Shown here in pieces: positions 42,904 to 45,923 of a stretch of 45,923 nucleotides of DNA; the stretch's first letter is position 1, and each line of letters opens with the position of its first letter. This stretch comes from an uncultured Ruminococcus sp. (GTDB lineage: Bacteria; Bacillota; Clostridia; Oscillospirales; CAG-272), in contig CACYWX010000001.1 in assembly GCA_902778205.1 (NCBI GenBank), positions 1 through 45,923 on the forward strand, given 5' to 3'. The notes below the pieces were generated by a model that saw only the letters and a list, made by a program, of their open reading frames with translations, did no database searches and was not told the DNA's origin. Made by a program: the position numbers and the translations under genes.

Positions 42904-45834
42904 TTATTTCTTCAGTCCGAATTTCACGAAGGCGTAGCGCGGCACATAGCCCCTGCATTCCCGTCCGTTCCACTCCTTCTCGAAGGAGAAGGTGTTCGGT
43001 CCGACGCCGTAGGGCTCGGGATCGTGGCGGTGGTGGGGACCCATGGCGTTGCGCATGGAGTTGACGACGGTGACGCCGATCTCGTTCTTCCCTTCCGAGA
43101 GATATGGGGCAAGGTCCAGGGTCCGGCTGAAGAGCATGGTCCCGGCGGGCACTCCGTTGACGGTGATCTCCGCCGCAGCGAAGCGTCCGTCGCATTTCAG
43201 CACCGTGGGACGTCCTTCCTTCCAGTCATAGTCGAAGGCCGTGGACAGCCGTCCGCCGTAGAAGGGGAAGCCGCCCCGGACCACATCCCGCGCGGGAACC
43301 ACGGAGGGCTGGGCCACCAGGGTGAAGCCGCCGTCATAAATTGTAGAATTGCGCTCCCCGTCGGCGAAGATCCCATTGGTGCGGAGGGCGAAATCGCCGG
43401 TCAGGTAGGCCGGCTCGATTTCCGTGTCGAACACCAGGCAGTTCCGAAGGGATTCGGACACGCCGGAATAGAGGACGTAGTACACGTAATCCCGCTGGAA
43501 GTAGTCCAGCTCCACCACAGCCTCGTTGATCCCTTCCTTCGTCAGAGGCGCAATCTCGGCGGAGGCGAAGGACCGGTCGAACCACCAGTCCGCCTTGTCC
43601 GGAACCACCTCGACGCCGTTCACCGTGACCCGGTCGTACATGGGCTCCAGCACCAGCTTCAGGGAGGCGGGAACGGTGTCTGCCTCGAAGGTGAATTTCA
43701 GCCAGAGACGGCCCTTGTACTTCTCCCTCAGCAGGTTGTCCTTTACGCCGTAGACGGACAGGGGCTCGTCCCAGTGCACGCCGTCGTTCGAGCGGGATAC
43801 GGTGTCCAGAGTCAGCACGTTCTGCGGCTTCTTTGTCAGCCGGACCGTGTTCGGGATGGGGATGAACCGCTCGGGCATGGTCGGAGCGGGCGCGTCGGGC
43901 AGGTCAAGCTCGTCGGAGCAGACCAGCACGTGGGCCTCCGCGTCCTCGAATTTCAGAAGGGCACAGACGCCGTCCTCCGTGTTTTCACAGCACAAGGGCT
44001 TCAGCTCCAGCGTATTCACATCCAGCTCCGCCCATTTTCCGGCGGGCAGGCGCACCTTCACGGGGCAGAGGGCGTCCGTGCCGATGTTGCAGAGATACAC
44101 GATCCGCTCGCCGTTCTCGAGGATCCGGGTCATCTTCCGGATGGAGGGGGTGAGCTTCCCGCCGTCCACCACCGCGTCCCGGACCGCCATGCTGAGGTCG
44201 AACTTCGGCGCGTCCCGGAGGAAGTCCAGCCGTCCGTTCTCCGCCTCGCCGTCCACGCAGGCCGGAACGCCGTCGAAGAGGTACACCCGGCCGCCGTTCG
44301 CCTTAAACCGCTTCAGAAGCTCGACGGTGCCTGAGTCCAGAGAGTAGGTGAAGGGGACCAGCACCGCGTCGTAGGAGCAGTTTCCGATCCGGAGGGTCTT
44401 CCCCTCCACGGAGGCCAGCCGCTGCATCATCCACTCGTCGCCCCAGTGATAGGGCACCTGATTCCGGCCCAGCAGGCGGGACAGCTCGAAAAACTTCCCC
44501 TCGATCTCCCGGAGGGAGTCCGTGCCCTTCTTGTATTTCAGGTACGCACCGTGGATGGGATGGATCACCAGCAGGGGAGCGTATTCCGTGCCGCGGGAGA
44601 GGATGGCACCCAGATTGTTGAAATAGTTGTCGAATTCCTTCATGCGGGGCTGCCAGGGGTTGTGCTCGGAGTAGTGGAGGGGATAGTCGCGCTTCCGCTG
44701 GCCCCGTTCGCTGTAGGGATAGAGATGCTGGCACATGAGATTGACGCCGCCCGCGTACTGGACCTCCGCGATGCGCTTCAGCTCCGTGGGGGACACGTCC
44801 CAGCCGCAGCAGGCGAACATCTCGGAGAGGACTTTTTTCTTGCCCAGCTGCGCCGCTACGGAACCCAGCTGCTTGAAGGAGATGTCGTCCTGGATCCCGC
44901 GGCCCAAATAGTCCACGCCGGGGATGGTCTCGTACTCGTAGAAGGGCATGACGCCGCCGATGCACATCATCTGACCGCCGAGGGAGGTTTCCTCCACCGC
45001 GTGGCCCGTCAGGCAGGCGCCGTTCGCCTCGCACCAGTCGTAGATCTTCTTGATGAAGTTGGTGATGAACAGCTTGTGGATCAGGTAGTAGTAGTCGTAC
45101 CGGAACTTGTCCGCCCCGTCGAAATCGTAAAAGACCGCCGGGAGCTTATCGAAGATGGAGTATCCGTACGCCTTCTCAAACTCCCCGGGCAGGGTGTTCG
45201 ACCAGGGATTGCCCCAGCGGTAGTACTGCGGCTCGTCGGTGAAGAAGCCCGGCATGGCGTGACCCTTGCCCCACCGGCCGGCGGGGACGCGCTTCTTGTA
45301 CTCCTCGTGGGTCAGCTCGATGAACTTCTCCGTGATGGAGCCGTCCAGGGTGTCCACGTAGCTCTCGTCGTACCGCTTGTAGAGGATCAGGTACTCCTCC
45401 CTCCCGGTGTTCTCCGTCACATGGGTGAAGGTGCCGTCCGGATTCTTCTCGTAGACGGCGATGACGTCCTCCATGTCCTCCGGATACGGGCCGTCTTTAT
45501 GCTCGATGGCCAGGGCGAAGTTCTTTTTGTCGTGCAGGAGGGCTCCCCCGGCGAATCCCGAGGGCCAGCCGTTCTCGTCGTAGGACCAGGCCTCCATGCC
45601 CAGCTTTTCCGCTTCGTCCACACAGGCGTCCACGGCCTCGAACCACTCATCGGAGAGGTATTCGGTCTCGAGTCCTCCCCGGGCGTGCATGAAGAAGCCG
45701 GACATGCCGAGGTTCTTCATGACCCGGATCTGGCGGCGCAGCTCCTCCGGCTCCAGCTTGTCGTTCCAGGACCAGAAGGGAATGGACCCGTAGGAGGGCG
45801 CGGTCTCTTTGATTTCAGCGAGAAGTTTTTTCAT
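42904..45834 (-). CDS. Large glycoside hydrolase, GH106-like (alpha-L-rhamnosidase-type, jelly-roll C-terminus); tentative
   Basis: ATG at 45834 (MKKLLAEIKE). The N-terminal block is SIPFWSWNDKLEPEELRRQIRVMKNLGMSGFFMHARGGLETEYLSDEW. It is 976 aa with no signal peptide. The family assignment is from memory. Confidence 0.5.
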   Translation of the reverse strand: MKKLLAEIKETAPSYGSIPFWSWNDKLEPEELRRQIRVMKNLGMSGFFMHARGGLETEYLSDEWFEAVDACVDEAEKLGMEAWSYDENGWPSGFAGGALLHDKKNFALAIEHKDGPYPEDMEDVIAVYEKNPDGTFTHVTENTGREEYLILYKRYDESYVDTLDGSITEKFIELTHEEYKKRVPAGRWGKGHAMPGFFTDEPQYYRWGNPWSNTLPGEFEKAYGYSIFDKLPAVFYDFDGADKFRYDYYYLIHKLFITNFIKKIYDWCEANGACLTGHAVEETSLGGQMMCIGGVMPFYEYETIPGVDYLGRGIQDDISFKQLGSVAAQLGKKKVLSEMFACCGWDVSPTELKRIAEVQYAGGVNLMCQHLYPYSERGQRKRDYPLHYSEHNPWQPRMKEFDNYFNNLGAILSRGTEYAPLLVIHPIHGAYLKYKKGTDSLREIEGKFFELSRLLGRNQVPYHWGDEWMMQRLASVEGKTLRIGNCSYDAVLVPFTYSLDSGTVELLKRFKANGGRVYLFDGVPACVDGEAENGRLDFLRDAPKFDLSMAVRDAVVDGGKLTPSIRKMTRILENGERIVYLCNIGTDALCPVKVRLPAGKWAELDVNTLELKPLCCENTEDGVCALLKFEDAEAHVLVCSDELDLPDAPAPTMPERFIPIPNTVRLTKKPQNVLTLDTVSRSNDGVHWDEPLSVYGVKDNLLREKYKGRLWLKFTFEADTVPASLKLVLEPMYDRVTVNGVEVVPDKADWWFDRSFASAEIAPLTKEGINEAVVELDYFQRDYVYYVLYSGVSESLRNCLVFDTEIEPAYLTGDFALRTNGIFADGERNSTIYDGGFTLVAQPSVVPARDVVRGGFPFYGGRLSTAFDYDWKEGRPTVLKCDGRFAAAEITVNGVPAGTMLFSRTLDLAPYLSEGKNEIGVTVVNSMRNAMGPHHRHDPEPYGVGPNTFSFEKEWNGRECRGYVPRYAFVKFGLKK

Positions 45835-45923
45835 GATTATTTTCTGCCTTTCCGCGAAAGGCACCGACGGGGCATGAAACCGGCGGCCTTCCGCTGAGTA
45901 AAGTTTTGTGGTACAATAGGTTC

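Noticed and set aside
45845-45863. An 8-bp hairpin (tgcctttc-cgc-gaaaggca) overlapping a GAAAGG upstream of the last gene, considered as an RBS-sequestering switch.
   Set aside because: The GAAAGG lies about 12 nt from the ATG, which is poor SD spacing. The window ends 60 nt further on, so the context is missing. The support is not strong enough.

Overview
This is a high-GC, Clostridia-like chromosomal segment. I guess an Oscillospiraceae/Ruminococcaceae-type gut anaerobe, but I cannot verify that here. Nearly all genes are on the minus strand, and I saw no rRNA, tRNA or CRISPR. The window has three parts. (1) 1-5.5 kb is a lower-GC mosaic. It holds an LPXTG pilin, a membrane protein with six Cys/His repeats and an apparently dead CHAP domain, an AP2-type regulator with three zinc-ribbon modules, a 5'-truncated and frameshifted serine recombinase, and an AT-rich scrap. 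(2) 5.9-8.5 kb is a self-contained two-gene cassette with its own consensus promoter. It encodes an NLR/STAND-type PNP_UDP nucleosidase and a divergent DAACS-fold membrane protein with a cytosolic N-domain. It sits between decayed genes and is my best candidate for an undescribed (possibly conflict/defence) system. (3) 8.6-45.9 kb is about 37 kb of cytoplasmic glycoside hydrolases (GH43, GH31, GH2, GH20, GH51, a beta-helix protein, GH106-like and unassigned families). Mixed in are four paralogous orphan lipoprotein solute-binding proteins, two URO-D-like proteins, two metallophosphoesterases, an Ntn-hydrolase lipoprotein, KdgK and a HAD phosphatase. This part contains no ABC permease, no ATPase and no regulator. 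Notable non-coding structures are a 215-nt nested-palindrome element (11365-11580), whose termini recur at 37171-37196, and a 775-nt ORF-free, stem-rich spacer inside an operon (36405-37179). One GH43 gene carries a single in-frame TAG. All family assignments rest on motif recognition by eye; no searches were run.
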